Shown: positions 28,627 through 38,021 of the stretch, piece after piece | Position numbering within the stretch: the first letter of the stretch is position 1 | Layout of the letters: every line of letters begins with the position of its first letter | DNA from: an uncultured Spirochaetales bacterium | GTDB taxonomy: Bacteria > Spirochaetota > Spirochaetia > DAHUYW01 | Reading direction: 5' to 3' | Length of the DNA stretch: 64,000 nucleotides | Assembly: GCA_964506755.1 (NCBI GenBank) | Contig: CAZDMH010000003.1 | Coordinates: forward strand, 166,596 to 230,595 | The notes under the pieces: model-generated | Seen by the model: only the letters and a program-made list of their open reading frames with translations | The model's database searches: none | Told to the model about the DNA's origin: nothing | Program-made: the position numbers and the translations under genes

Positions 28627-28770
28627 AAACGCGTGACAGCTTCTCCTCTCCTCATCTATGATGTATGTGCTCACGGCATTCGACGGAAACTCGACCCGCC
28701 GGCCAGGACGGCCAATCAGAAGCTCATTTCAAAACGGACAGACCTGCTGAATACCACTTGGGGGTGTGAG

Positions 28771-29985
28771 ATGAACAGGACCTACACGATCTTCAGGCAC
28801 GAGTTCCTGCGGACTGTGCGGCGAACGGGATTCACGATACTTACCCTGTCGCTGCCGGTGCTCGCCCTGCTCGGGATCGGGATCTACCGCGTTATCTCCG
28901 CCGTGCCGAAGCCGGCGGTCGAGGTCACGACGATCGGATACGTCGACGAGCTCGGCGGCTTCGACGGCTTCACCGATCAAGGGACGACGAGGCTGATTCC
29001 CTTCGACTCGGTGCCCCAGGCGAAGCGGGCGCTGGCGGAAAAGGAGATAAGACAGTACTTCGTCATCCCCCCGCAGTTCATGTCGGACGGCAGAATAGAT
29101 CTCTACGTTGCTCGGCGAGAGCTCGCGCCTCCCGAGGCGCTTGCGGCGGCACTCAAGAGCTTCGTGACGAGCAACCTTCTGAGGGACAAGGTCTCTCCGG
29201 AGACCGTCGCTCGAATCGAACGCCCGTTCAATCTCGTAACGACGACCCTTACGCCGACAGGGGAGATTGCGCGAGAACAGGGAGGATACGCCAACTTCAT
29301 CATCCCGGCCCTGTTCGGATTCCTTCTTGCCCTCGCGCTCAACTTCTCCTCCGGCTACATGATGCAGGGGCTGGCCGAGGAGAAAGAAGACCGGTTAATC
29401 GAGATTCTCCTCTCTTCGGTATCGCCTCGACAGTTGCTGGCGGGGAAATTGCTCGGCTATGGGAGCGCCGGTCTCCTCCAGGTGGCAATATGGGCGATAT
29501 CGATTCCACTCCTGCTCATGCTCGCGGTATCGTCTTTCGGAGGCTTCCTGGTCTCTATTCGCCTTTCGGCGGGCTTTTGGCTTCTCGGAGTTGTCTACTT
29601 CATCCTCGGTTATTCCCTCTTCGCGGTTTTCTCGGCAAGCGTAGCGGCAATCAGCCGCACCGTACGTGAAGCGCAAGCCCTGGTGCCGGTCTTCACGTTG
29701 TTCTCCGTCGCGCCGTTCTGGTTCCTCTCTCTTCTCATGTTCTTCCCGAACAACCCGGTCTGGGTTGTGTTCAGCATCTTTCCGTTGAGTGGACCCGTTC
29801 TGACGCTCCTGAGGATGGGCATAACCGGGGTGCCGGCGTGGCAGCTCGCGGCGAGCATGGGGGTTCTGGTCGTATGCATCGTCCTGGGGTTGCTCTTGGC
29901 GGCGAAGCTGCTCGAGATCTATCTCTTGATGTACGGCCGTCGCCCGTCGCTGTCGGACATCGTGCGGACCCTCAGGAGCAGGTAG
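28771..29985 (+). CDS. ABC-2 family transporter permease (no adjacent ATPase)
   Basis: N-terminal TM, large extracytoplasmic loop, then six TM helices (NatB/YhaP-like topology). ATG 28771. Confidence 0.65.
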   Translation: MNRTYTIFRHEFLRTVRRTGFTILTLSLPVLALLGIGIYRVISAVPKPAVEVTTIGYVDELGGFDGFTDQGTTRLIPFDSVPQAKRALAEKEIRQYFVIPPQFMSDGRIDLYVARRELAPPEALAAALKSFVTSNLLRDKVSPETVARIERPFNLVTTTLTPTGEIAREQGGYANFIIPALFGFLLALALNFSSGYMMQGLAEEKEDRLIEILLSSVSPRQLLAGKLLGYGSAGLLQVAIWAISIPLLLMLAVSSFGGFLVSIRLSAGFWLLGVVYFILGYSLFAVFSASVAAISRTVREAQALVPVFTLFSVAPFWFLSLLMFFPNNPVWVVFSIFPLSGPVLTLLRMGITGVPAWQLAASMGVLVVCIVLGLLLAAKLLEIYLLMYGRRPSLSDIVRTLRSR

Positions 29986-30137
29986 ACGCCCCCCTCGCGT
30001 CGTTGGTCGGCGTTTGGTCGATTATTGTTCCGATCGCTTCACCCGGGTCATTTCCCCCGTTGAGTGGCCCTCCATCGATTGTAACCCACCGGGACCGCAG
30101 GTAAATCTTAAAAAAGACATCGTGAAGCGTTGGCTGC

Positions 30138-30674
30138 CTATTTCTCGGAAGGCGGTTCGAGAAGACGCCATACCTCCTGGAACACAGCCTTGAGCGGCAC
30201 TCCGTGTTCTTCGGCCGCTCGTCTGCAGTCCTCGTATTCCGGAGAGCGTTGGACGACCCTTCCGTCACGAAGTCCCTCTTTGACGAGGATCTCGCCCCAA
30301 CGAGTGGCGAGAGGACGGAACCTCCGTTCGAGCCGATGGACGGTGACCGGATAGTATCTGAGACCCAGCGTCGTCGTCTCTCTGAAGAGGAGGTCGGTGA
30401 GCGTGGACAGCCGGCTCAACTTGCAGAGAACTGTGAGCATGACCGCCGGGCGATTCTTTTTCATGTAGATCGGGGTGTAGAATACGTCGCGAGCTCCCGC
30501 TTCCAGCAGCAGCTCCATGACGTAGCCGAGGAGCTCGCCGTTGGCATCGTCGAGATTGACTTCGACCTTGACGGTTTCGGAATCAAGCTCTTCGGGACGG
30601 TCGACCGAATCAGTGTTCATGGCGGTGGTGTTCCCTTGACGGTTTTCGGTGAAGCAAGGAGCTTGCGGGCGCAC
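30138..30674 (-). CDS. larC: LarC C-terminal portion (nickel-pincer nucleotide cofactor nickel-insertion protein), separate +1 frame
   Basis: TVKVEVNLDDANGELLGYVMELLLEAGARDVFYTPIYMKKNRPAVMLTVLC matches the LarC C-terminal domain. Starts with GTG right after a stop in its frame. Overlaps the N-terminal larC ORF by about 65 nt. Confidence 0.6.
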   Translation of the reverse strand: MRPQAPCFTENRQGNTTAMNTDSVDRPEELDSETVKVEVNLDDANGELLGYVMELLLEAGARDVFYTPIYMKKNRPAVMLTVLCKLSRLSTLTDLLFRETTTLGLRYYPVTVHRLERRFRPLATRWGEILVKEGLRDGRVVQRSPEYEDCRRAAEEHGVPLKAVFQEVWRLLEPPSEK

Positions 30675-31443
30675 CGAGAACTACGCGGAGCACGTTCGGA
30701 CGCTCGGGGAACTCTGCGCTTCCTGCTCCATACCCGACTGCCGTCACCTCCATCTCCGGGAGAGCCCCCCACTGGTCCACAGTTGCGGCCAAGATGCCGG
30801 CTCCGGTCGGGGTAGTGAGCTCGGCCTGAATATCGCCGGCCTCCACCGGCGCCCCGGTAAGAATCTCGAGAGTGGCCGGCGCAGGAACGGGATAGACTCC
30901 GTGCGCCGTTCGTACCCGACCGGAGCCGAGGGTTACCGGTGAGGCTACGACGAGGTCCGGTGACAGCGCGTCGAGCAGCACCGCCGTACCGACCACGTCG
31001 ACGATGGAGTCGACGGCGCCGACCTCATGGAAGTGCACCTCGTTGACCGCGACTCCGTGGATCTTCGCCTCCGCCTCGGCGATCCTCGCGAAGATCGCGC
31101 CGGCGATCTCTTTGACCGCCGCGCTGAGGTCGGAGGCCTCGATCATGGCGACGATATCTCTGTGGGCCCGATGATGAACGTGAGTGTTTTCGCCGTGGTG
31201 AGGGTGGTGTTGATGGTGACGACGGCTGTCCTCACGGCCGAGGACCTTCACCTCGAACTTGGTTGCCGTTATTCCGGCCCGGTTGACCGTGCTCCAGCCG
31301 AGCTCGACAGGTTCCTCGAGCCCGAGGGAGGCGATCCCTGCCTTCACGGTCGCTCCGTCGCCGCCGGCGGCCAGGAGAGCTCCGATGGTCATATCCCCGC
31401 TGATTCCGGAGAAGCAGTCGAAGTAGAGTATTCTATTCGCCAT
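30610..31443 (-). CDS. larC: LarC N-terminal portion (DUF111 / LarC nickel insertion protein)
   Basis: MANRILYFDCFSGISGDM is the canonical LarC/DUF111 N-terminus. The ORF terminates in a His/Arg-rich tail that looks out of frame relative to the downstream LarC C-domain ORF. Confidence 0.65.
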   Translation of the reverse strand: MANRILYFDCFSGISGDMTIGALLAAGGDGATVKAGIASLGLEEPVELGWSTVNRAGITATKFEVKVLGREDSRRHHQHHPHHGENTHVHHRAHRDIVAMIEASDLSAAVKEIAGAIFARIAEAEAKIHGVAVNEVHFHEVGAVDSIVDVVGTAVLLDALSPDLVVASPVTLGSGRVRTAHGVYPVPAPATLEILTGAPVEAGDIQAELTTPTGAGILAATVDQWGALPEMEVTAVGYGAGSAEFPERPNVLRVVLGAPASSLLHRKPSREHHRHEH

Positions 31444-32224
31444 GCCCGGCGCCTCCCTTTCGCGCCCTCGTCGCCTGCCGGCAGACGAGCGCGGCAAAAT
31501 AGCCCGCACCGAAACCGTTGTCGATGTTTACGACGCTGATACCGGGGGCGCAGCTGTTGAGCATCGTCAGCAGCGGCGCAAGTCCCTCAAAGCTCGCGCC
31601 GTAACCGACGCTCGTCGGCACTGCGACGACGGGGCAGGCGACGAGGCCGGTCACGACGCTGCCAAGCGCCCCTTCCATACCCGCAACCACCACCGCGGCA
31701 GTCGCGGCGCGTACTTCTTCGATGTTTGCGAGCAGCCGATGAATGCCGGCCACTCCCACATCGTAGACGCGCCGCGCCTCCGCACCGAGGGTCTCTACCG
31801 TCACCGCTGCCTCCTCGGCAACCGCCATATCACTCGTGCCGCCGCTCACGATGGCGACGTAGCCGTCGTAGCTCCTCTGCGATTCTCCTTCGCGGATCCA
31901 TGAGAGGGTGCGCGCCGTCAGGTTGTGGCTGAAGTCGGGCCATCTGTCGACGACCGCTTCGGCGGTCGAAGCCGGCACCCGCGTCGCGAGCACCCGCTTC
32001 TCTCGATTCCGCAGCTCCTCGATGATCCCGACCACCTGGGCTGCGGTCTTTCCTTCGGCGAACACGACCTCCGAGAAGCCTTTTCTTCTCGTGCGGTCGA
32101 TGTCGACGCGTGCGTATCCGAGGTCTTCGTATGAGAGCAGGAGGCGTTTTGCCTCCTGCGGTTCAAGAGAGCCGCTTCGAACTCGCAAAAGGATCTCCTC
32201 GAGATCCGACATCTCTCCCTGCAT
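31433..32224 (-). CDS. larB: LarB, nickel-pincer cofactor biosynthesis carboxylase/hydrolase (PurE-like)
   Basis: 263 aa. C-terminal PurE-like fold (IVSGGTSDMAVAEEA..VVVAGMEGALGSVV). Overlaps the larC start. Confidence 0.75.
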   Translation of the reverse strand: MQGEMSDLEEILLRVRSGSLEPQEAKRLLLSYEDLGYARVDIDRTRRKGFSEVVFAEGKTAAQVVGIIEELRNREKRVLATRVPASTAEAVVDRWPDFSHNLTARTLSWIREGESQRSYDGYVAIVSGGTSDMAVAEEAAVTVETLGAEARRVYDVGVAGIHRLLANIEEVRAATAAVVVAGMEGALGSVVTGLVACPVVAVPTSVGYGASFEGLAPLLTMLNSCAPGISVVNIDNGFGAGYFAALVCRQATRARKGGAGHGE

Positions 32225-33052
32225 CTACTCTATCCCTCGATTCATGCTCCCCGTTTCGTAGCCGGCGAGATCGAGAGTCACATACTTGTAACCGAGACGG
32301 CGAAGCCTCTCGGAGATGAGAGCGCGAGACTCGAGAATGCGTCCGAGATCCTCCGGATCCACTTCGATGCGTGCTATCTCGCCGTGAGTGCGCACACGGA
32401 CCTGCTTCACCCCGAGTCCTCGAATGTACTCCTCGGCACCGTCAATCATCGTCAGTTTCTCCCGTGTAATCCTTTCACCGAATGCGACCCGCGAGGACAG
32501 GCAGGCGAGCGCCGGCTTGTTCCAGTTTGGCAGCCCGAGCCTCCGCGACAGCTCCCGCACCTCTTCCTTGCCCAACTCGGCTTCCTGAAGCGGCCCGCGG
32601 ACTCCCTTCTCGATGGCGGCGCGAATGCCTGGGCGAAAGTCACCTAGGTCGTCGGTTATCAGACCATAAATGACGTTCCTCATGCCCTCCGCGCGCTGGA
32701 TCGGAAAGAGGTACTCAAACAGGTTGTGTCGGCAGAAGTAGCAGCGATTTCGATTGTTCTCGGCGTATCCGGGAATCTCGAGCTCCGAGGTCTCGCACAC
32801 CATATGCCGAACACCCAACTCTTCGGCTATCGATCGCGCTTCGGCAAGCTCACGGGACGGGTAGGTCTCCGAATCGGCCGTAACCGCGAGCACATTCTCA
32901 TTGCCGAGAGCATCCACTGCCGCACGGAGAAGCAGAGTGCTGTCCACCCCTCCTGAGAAGGCCACCAGGACGCTTTCGAGATCTTCGAGGATTGAGGCAA
33001 GCTTTTCGTATTTTGCATCGAGGGTGTCGCTGGGAGAGGGTTCGTTTCGCAC
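32225..33052 (-). CDS. larE: LarE, ATP-dependent sacrificial sulfur transferase (PP-loop ATP pyrophosphatase)
   Basis: PP-loop SGGVDS, conserved Cys in ALACLSSR region, 275 aa. GTG start. Confidence 0.8.
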   Translation of the reverse strand: MRNEPSPSDTLDAKYEKLASILEDLESVLVAFSGGVDSTLLLRAAVDALGNENVLAVTADSETYPSRELAEARSIAEELGVRHMVCETSELEIPGYAENNRNRCYFCRHNLFEYLFPIQRAEGMRNVIYGLITDDLGDFRPGIRAAIEKGVRGPLQEAELGKEEVRELSRRLGLPNWNKPALACLSSRVAFGERITREKLTMIDGAEEYIRGLGVKQVRVRTHGEIARIEVDPEDLGRILESRALISERLRRLGYKYVTLDLAGYETGSMNRGIE

Positions 33053-33245
33053 GTTCGGTTCACTCTTTCGTTTTTCGGCTGGTCACGGCGTGCAGTTGCA
33101 GGCCGCGACCAGAATACCGACCGGCCGGTCCGGCTGTCAAGGTCGACACCGGCTGGTCGAAACGGAGGAGGTGTGACCCACTTGAGAGCCTGAGGGATTT
33201 GATCGGTATTCCGATCCGTGCTACGATCTGCTGGAGAGGTGCACT

Positions 33246-34652
33246 ATGGCAACAGAGGATAGACCAAAAATGCGTACTGAATCAGATTCAATGGGGACGA
33301 TGGAGATCCCCGACGACGCCTACTGGGGGGCCCAGGCACAACGGGCTGCCCACAACTTCGACGTCTCACCGCTCCGGATTCCCGTGCCATTCATGAAGGC
33401 GCTGGCTGCAGTCAAGAAATCCGCAGCGCTCACCAACCTGTCCCTCGGCCTGCTCGACAAAAAGCTGGCAGACGCTATCGTACAGGCGGCGGACGAGATA
33501 ATCAATGAAAAGTGGAACGACCAATTTCCCGTCGACGTGTTTCAGACCGGCTCCGGCACGTCGTGGAACATGAACATGAACGAGGTTATTGCCAACCGCG
33601 CGAACGAGCTTCTCGGAAGTGAGAAAGGAACGCGAAAGCCCGTTCATCCGAACGACCACGTCAACAAAGGACAATCCTCGAACGATGTCATCCCGACGGC
33701 GATGAATGTTGCATGCCGCCTCGAGGCAGGCAAGCTGACTGCTGCGCTTCAGCGGCTCGAGTCGTCGCTCGCGAAGAAATCGGAGGAGATGAAAGATATC
33801 GTCAAGCTCGGGCGGACCCATCTCCAGGACGCGGTGCCAATGACACTTGGCCAGGAGTTTTCCGGATACCGACAACAGATCCGCAAGGCCCGAGGCAGGA
33901 TCGAGCGAACGTTCTCCTCCCTCGAGGAGCTTGCACTCGGCGGCACGGCCGTCGGCACGGGTCTGAACAGCGATCCCAACCATGCGGCACAAACGATACA
34001 CCTGCTGGCCGAAGAGTACGGAGCCAAGTTTCGCAAGGCCGACAACTACTTCGAGGCCATGGCGGCTCGCGACTCTATCGTCGAGCTGATGGGTGCGCTC
34101 AACTCGCTCGCTGTGAGCCTTATGAAGATCGCGCAGGATCTCCGCCTACTGGCGAGTGGGCCCCGCGCGGGGATAGGCGAGCTTCAGCTTCCCGAGCTCC
34201 AACCCGGCAGCTCAATCATGCCCGGAAAGATCAACCCGGTGATTCCTGAGATGGTCATACAGGTTGCGGCCCACGTCATGGGCAAGAACCTTTCGGTTAC
34301 GATCGCAGGGCAGAACGCCCCGCTCGAGCTCAATATCATGCAGCCGCTCCTTGCCCACGAGACCCTCTCCTCGCTCGATCTGCTGACGAGGACGGCGCTC
34401 GTCTTCGACGAACGGTGCATAGGCGGGATAACGGCAGATGCGGAACATTGTCGGTCGCTCATCGACTGGAGTCTCGCGCTCGTCACTCCGCTCGCTCTCA
34501 AAGTCGGTTACGATCGAGCGGCGAAGATCGCACATCGCGCGTTCGAGGAGAAACGGAAGGTGAAAGAGGTCATCCTGGACGAGGGCGTGCTCGCAGAAAA
34601 GGAAGCGGACGAAATCCTCGACCCAAGGAACATGATCGGGCCGACAAAGTAA
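33246..34652 (+). CDS. fumC: Class II fumarate hydratase (aspartase/fumarase superfamily)
   Basis: GSSIMPGKINP signature. SDSMGTMEIPDDAYWGAQAQR and QTGSGTSWNMNMNEV are closer to FumC than to aspartase. Possible alternative start at ATG 33270. Confidence 0.8.
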   Translation: MATEDRPKMRTESDSMGTMEIPDDAYWGAQAQRAAHNFDVSPLRIPVPFMKALAAVKKSAALTNLSLGLLDKKLADAIVQAADEIINEKWNDQFPVDVFQTGSGTSWNMNMNEVIANRANELLGSEKGTRKPVHPNDHVNKGQSSNDVIPTAMNVACRLEAGKLTAALQRLESSLAKKSEEMKDIVKLGRTHLQDAVPMTLGQEFSGYRQQIRKARGRIERTFSSLEELALGGTAVGTGLNSDPNHAAQTIHLLAEEYGAKFRKADNYFEAMAARDSIVELMGALNSLAVSLMKIAQDLRLLASGPRAGIGELQLPELQPGSSIMPGKINPVIPEMVIQVAAHVMGKNLSVTIAGQNAPLELNIMQPLLAHETLSSLDLLTRTALVFDERCIGGITADAEHCRSLIDWSLALVTPLALKVGYDRAAKIAHRAFEEKRKVKEVILDEGVLAEKEADEILDPRNMIGPTK

Positions 34653-34694
34653 AGCGCGCTCCGAGCCGTATCGGGGTGAGAGGTTGAGCACGTA

Positions 34695-35756
34695 ATGCCG
34701 AACGACGTTCAGGTACTTCTGAACAACATCTCGACAGGCTTTCGGGAGAGTCTCCCCGAAGCTATCGTGACGACTTTGGTGTTCGTGCTCTTTATATTCG
34801 GGCTCGTCTACTACTATGTCAGACAACAGCGAGAAGCCCGCAGGACACGCCGGAAGCTCTACGAGGCGCGCTACGAATCGCTCCTTCGCAGCCTGGATCT
34901 CCCGGCGGGGTCGGCTGTTCTTCTCGATCGACTCGCCCGTCATCTTCGCGACGGCTCGAAACGCTTTCTCCTACTCGAAAACGAGGCGACCTTCAATTCC
35001 TGCCTTCGCAAGCTCGGCGGGCGTGAGAGCGTTTCGCCCGCCCTGGTCGCCGCCCTGAGAATGAAGTTGGGCTATCGAAAGCTGAACCCCGAGCGAGCAC
35101 CACTCTCGAGTGGTGACGTCGCTGAGGAGACGGTTGTGCTTCTCGAACGATCGGCGAAGGGCGGCAAAGGGAGAGATCGCTTCGCAGCACGCATCGTTGC
35201 GGTTGAGCCGACTCATCTCGTGCTCGAGGTGAAGGTCGCGCATGACCTCCTTCGGGGCGATCGGCTGCGGCTCTATTTCTACAATTTCGCGGGCATGTAC
35301 ATGTTTCCCACTCGTGTCCTGGCGCTCAAGGACGGGCTACTCATGGTTTCCCACTCGAATACCATCTCGGCGGTGCAGCGCAGGAGGTATTATCGCAGGA
35401 AGCTTTCAACGCCGGCGTTCATACGCCGAATCGATGGAGACGAGCACTTCATAAAGACCCTTCTCCAGGATCTCGGCGGGGGCGGAGCGCGCGTGGTGAA
35501 TCCACACGATCTGTTCGAAAGAAAGGACCGCGTCGAGCTTGCGCTCGATCTCGGTCTTCACAAATGGATCCGTGTCGCCGCCGAGGTTGTGCGGGAAGGA
35601 AGGGACGGAACGGTCTCACTCCGGTTCGACGAGCTCCGTGAATCTACCCGCGACCTCATTGTCCGTGCGCTCTTCAAGCGCTACAACGCCTACTTGCAGG
35701 AACAGGGCAGGGAGAGTGAGATTACCGCAGAGCCGGGCTCGGACTCGAGTCCCTGA
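34695..35756 (+). CDS. Membrane-anchored PilZ-domain protein (c-di-GMP receptor-like, YcgR-like)
   Basis: N-terminal TM helix. RRxxxR-type motif QRRRYYRRK followed about 25 aa later by DLGGGGA (DxSxxG-like). Confidence 0.5.
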   Translation: MPNDVQVLLNNISTGFRESLPEAIVTTLVFVLFIFGLVYYYVRQQREARRTRRKLYEARYESLLRSLDLPAGSAVLLDRLARHLRDGSKRFLLLENEATFNSCLRKLGGRESVSPALVAALRMKLGYRKLNPERAPLSSGDVAEETVVLLERSAKGGKGRDRFAARIVAVEPTHLVLEVKVAHDLLRGDRLRLYFYNFAGMYMFPTRVLALKDGLLMVSHSNTISAVQRRRYYRRKLSTPAFIRRIDGDEHFIKTLLQDLGGGGARVVNPHDLFERKDRVELALDLGLHKWIRVAAEVVREGRDGTVSLRFDELRESTRDLIVRALFKRYNAYLQEQGRESEITAEPGSDSSP

Positions 35757-35819
35757 GGAGTAGTGAGGGCGCCGAAGCGGTTTAGGGGCGCTGCGCCCCT
35801 GCTGTCCGTGCAGCCGGAT

Positions 35820-37880
35820 TCAAAGGATAAGTGGGGAGGGCCTGCCGATTTCGTACCCCTGAGCGTAGTCGACTCCGATCTGCTTCAGGTGATCGATGAT
35901 CTCCACGTTTTCGACGAACTCGGCGATGGTTTCAACCTTCATCAGCTTTCCGAGATTGTTGATGGCCTCCACCATCGCCCGATTGATGGGATCCTGATGC
36001 ATGTCCTTCACGAAAGATCCGTCGATCTTCAGATAGTCCACCGGGAGGGCCTTTAGATATGAGAAGGAGGAGAAGCCGCTCCCGAAATCGTCGAGCGAGA
36101 AGGTGCAACCGATCTGCTTGAGCGCTGCGATAAACCTCGTCGCTGTCTTGAAGTTCCCTATTGCAGCAGTCTCCGTGACCTCGAAGCAGAACGATTCGGG
36201 AGGCACGGAGGTTCGCTCTATCTCTGTTCGAATGTAGGTTAGGAGGTCAGTGTCGGCCATCGAAGTTCCCGATAGGTTGATGCAGTAAAGGTAGTCCTTC
36301 ATGGTCTTGTTGCCGTTCGACATGATTTCGGTGTAGGACTCGAAGGTCGTGCTGATCACCCATCGGTCGATTGCCGGCATGAGGTTGTAGCGTTCGGCGG
36401 CCGGCAGGAAATCGGCAGGCATGACGACGGATCCGTCAGGGTCGGCCATGCGGACCAGTATCTCACATTTCGGCCGCTTCGAACGGTCGAGAATGGGCAC
36501 GATCGGCTGGAAGTAGAGTCGCAAGCGGTCGTCGTCTATCGCGGACTTGATCTTCGAGATCCATTCCATTTCCCCGCGCCGCCTGAGGAACACCGAGGAC
36601 TCGTCTTCGTAGATCTGAATGCGGCCCCCTCCGAGCTCTTTTGCGAGGTAGCAGGCGTCGTCGGCCGCCGCGAGCACGCTGTAGATGTCCTTGCTTTGAT
36701 CGTTGATCTGCACGAGTCCGATGCTCGACGAGATCGTGAAGGTTTTCGGCTCCCATACGAACTTCTCATGGTTCAATCGAGCTCGCAGCCGCTCGGCGAT
36801 GTAAGCCGCCCGCTCGGGCGAAATGTTTTCGAGTAGCACCCCGAACTCGTCGCTGCCGAGGCGGGCGCCGACGTCGCTCGAGCGCACGACCGCGCGAATG
36901 ACTGTGGTCGTGTGCCTCAGAAGCTCGTCGCCGGCGACATGGCCGCAGGTTTCGTTGATGACCTTGAATTGATCGATGTCGAGGTAGAGGAGCGCATGGT
37001 TGTGTCCGGAGGTCTTTGCGTCGGCGATCAGCGAATCGAGCTTCTTGGAGAAGTGCTCCCGGTTTGACAAACCGGTAAGAATGTCGTGACTTGCTTGATA
37101 GTGGATCGTCTCAGACATCCGGCTCACCATCGTCACATCTCGGAACGCAAGCACCTGACCGTCAACGTTGCCGTCCTGGTTGTGAATTCGCGACATCGTC
37201 CCTTCGATCTGTGCCGGTTGCCCGCTCTTTTTCCGGATCTGCGTGTTCTCGATGATTAGAGACTCTTCGAAGGGATTGTCGCCCTCCGGCATCAACTCCA
37301 GGAAACGCAGGTTTTCATCCACGTGGTCCTTTACCACGTCGGTTACCGGCCGTTCCTTCGCCTCTTCCTCGGTCCATCCGGTAATCTCTTCTGCTGCGTG
37401 ATTCATGAAGCGTATTCTGTTGTTCATGTCGGTCGCTATGATAGCGTCGGCGACACTGTCGAGCACTGCGCCGAGCCAACGCTCCTGTCGCTTCAGCTCC
37501 GATTCCATCTGGTGCTTGTGCAGGGCGAGGTCGATAGAGGTCGACAGCTCCCGTTCGGTGAATGGTTTGACCACGTAGGCGAAGGGCCCCGCGGATTTCG
37601 CCCGGTTCAGCGTCTTCTCGTCCGAGTAGGCACTCAAGAATATGACCGGAATTCCCAAATCTTCTCCGATTGTTTTTGCCGCGGCGACCCCGTCCACGGC
37701 CCCTGGAAGCATGACGTCCATGAGGACGATATCGGGCCGTTGTTGCTTGGCTGAAGAGATGGCCTCCTCCCCCGTTGTGGCCAGCTCGAGAACCTGGAAT
37801 CCAAGCCGCTCGAGTCGGTTTTGGAGGTCGATCGCGATGATGCGTTCGTCTTCGACGAGGAGTACCCTCTCAGTTCTCAT
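35820..37880 (-). CDS. Response-regulator receiver-PAS-GGDEF-EAL c-di-GMP turnover protein
   Basis: REC domain (LLVEDE..DIVLMDVMLP). I-site RSSD and variant A-site GSDEF. EAL domain with EILVR, FEVTE and DDFGSGFSS motifs. Confidence 0.85.
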   Translation of the reverse strand: MRTERVLLVEDERIIAIDLQNRLERLGFQVLELATTGEEAISSAKQQRPDIVLMDVMLPGAVDGVAAAKTIGEDLGIPVIFLSAYSDEKTLNRAKSAGPFAYVVKPFTERELSTSIDLALHKHQMESELKRQERWLGAVLDSVADAIIATDMNNRIRFMNHAAEEITGWTEEEAKERPVTDVVKDHVDENLRFLELMPEGDNPFEESLIIENTQIRKKSGQPAQIEGTMSRIHNQDGNVDGQVLAFRDVTMVSRMSETIHYQASHDILTGLSNREHFSKKLDSLIADAKTSGHNHALLYLDIDQFKVINETCGHVAGDELLRHTTTVIRAVVRSSDVGARLGSDEFGVLLENISPERAAYIAERLRARLNHEKFVWEPKTFTISSSIGLVQINDQSKDIYSVLAAADDACYLAKELGGGRIQIYEDESSVFLRRRGEMEWISKIKSAIDDDRLRLYFQPIVPILDRSKRPKCEILVRMADPDGSVVMPADFLPAAERYNLMPAIDRWVISTTFESYTEIMSNGNKTMKDYLYCINLSGTSMADTDLLTYIRTEIERTSVPPESFCFEVTETAAIGNFKTATRFIAALKQIGCTFSLDDFGSGFSSFSYLKALPVDYLKIDGSFVKDMHQDPINRAMVEAINNLGKLMKVETIAEFVENVEIIDHLKQIGVDYAQGYEIGRPSPLIL

Positions 37881-38021
37881 CAATACCTCATTTCGCAGTC
37901 TTCAAAAGATGATAGTTGTTTTTCTCCAAAAAGTCAAATACCGTATTTCAATAGAAAAAGTGAGCAGGTCGTGGCGTCAACGCGCTCGATAATTCCGAGC
38001 AGGTTGTGCTAAACTCGGGCG

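Noticed and set aside
26545-28674. 709-aa minus-strand ORF
   Set aside because: Lies entirely antisense to dnaE2, whose translation has clear PolIII-alpha homology. Composition-driven shadow ORF.
33053-33245. 193-bp divergent region between larE and fumC as a possible nickel-responsive (NikR-type) or riboswitch element
   Set aside because: No recognisable palindrome of NikR type or conserved riboswitch core could be identified by eye. Left unannotated.
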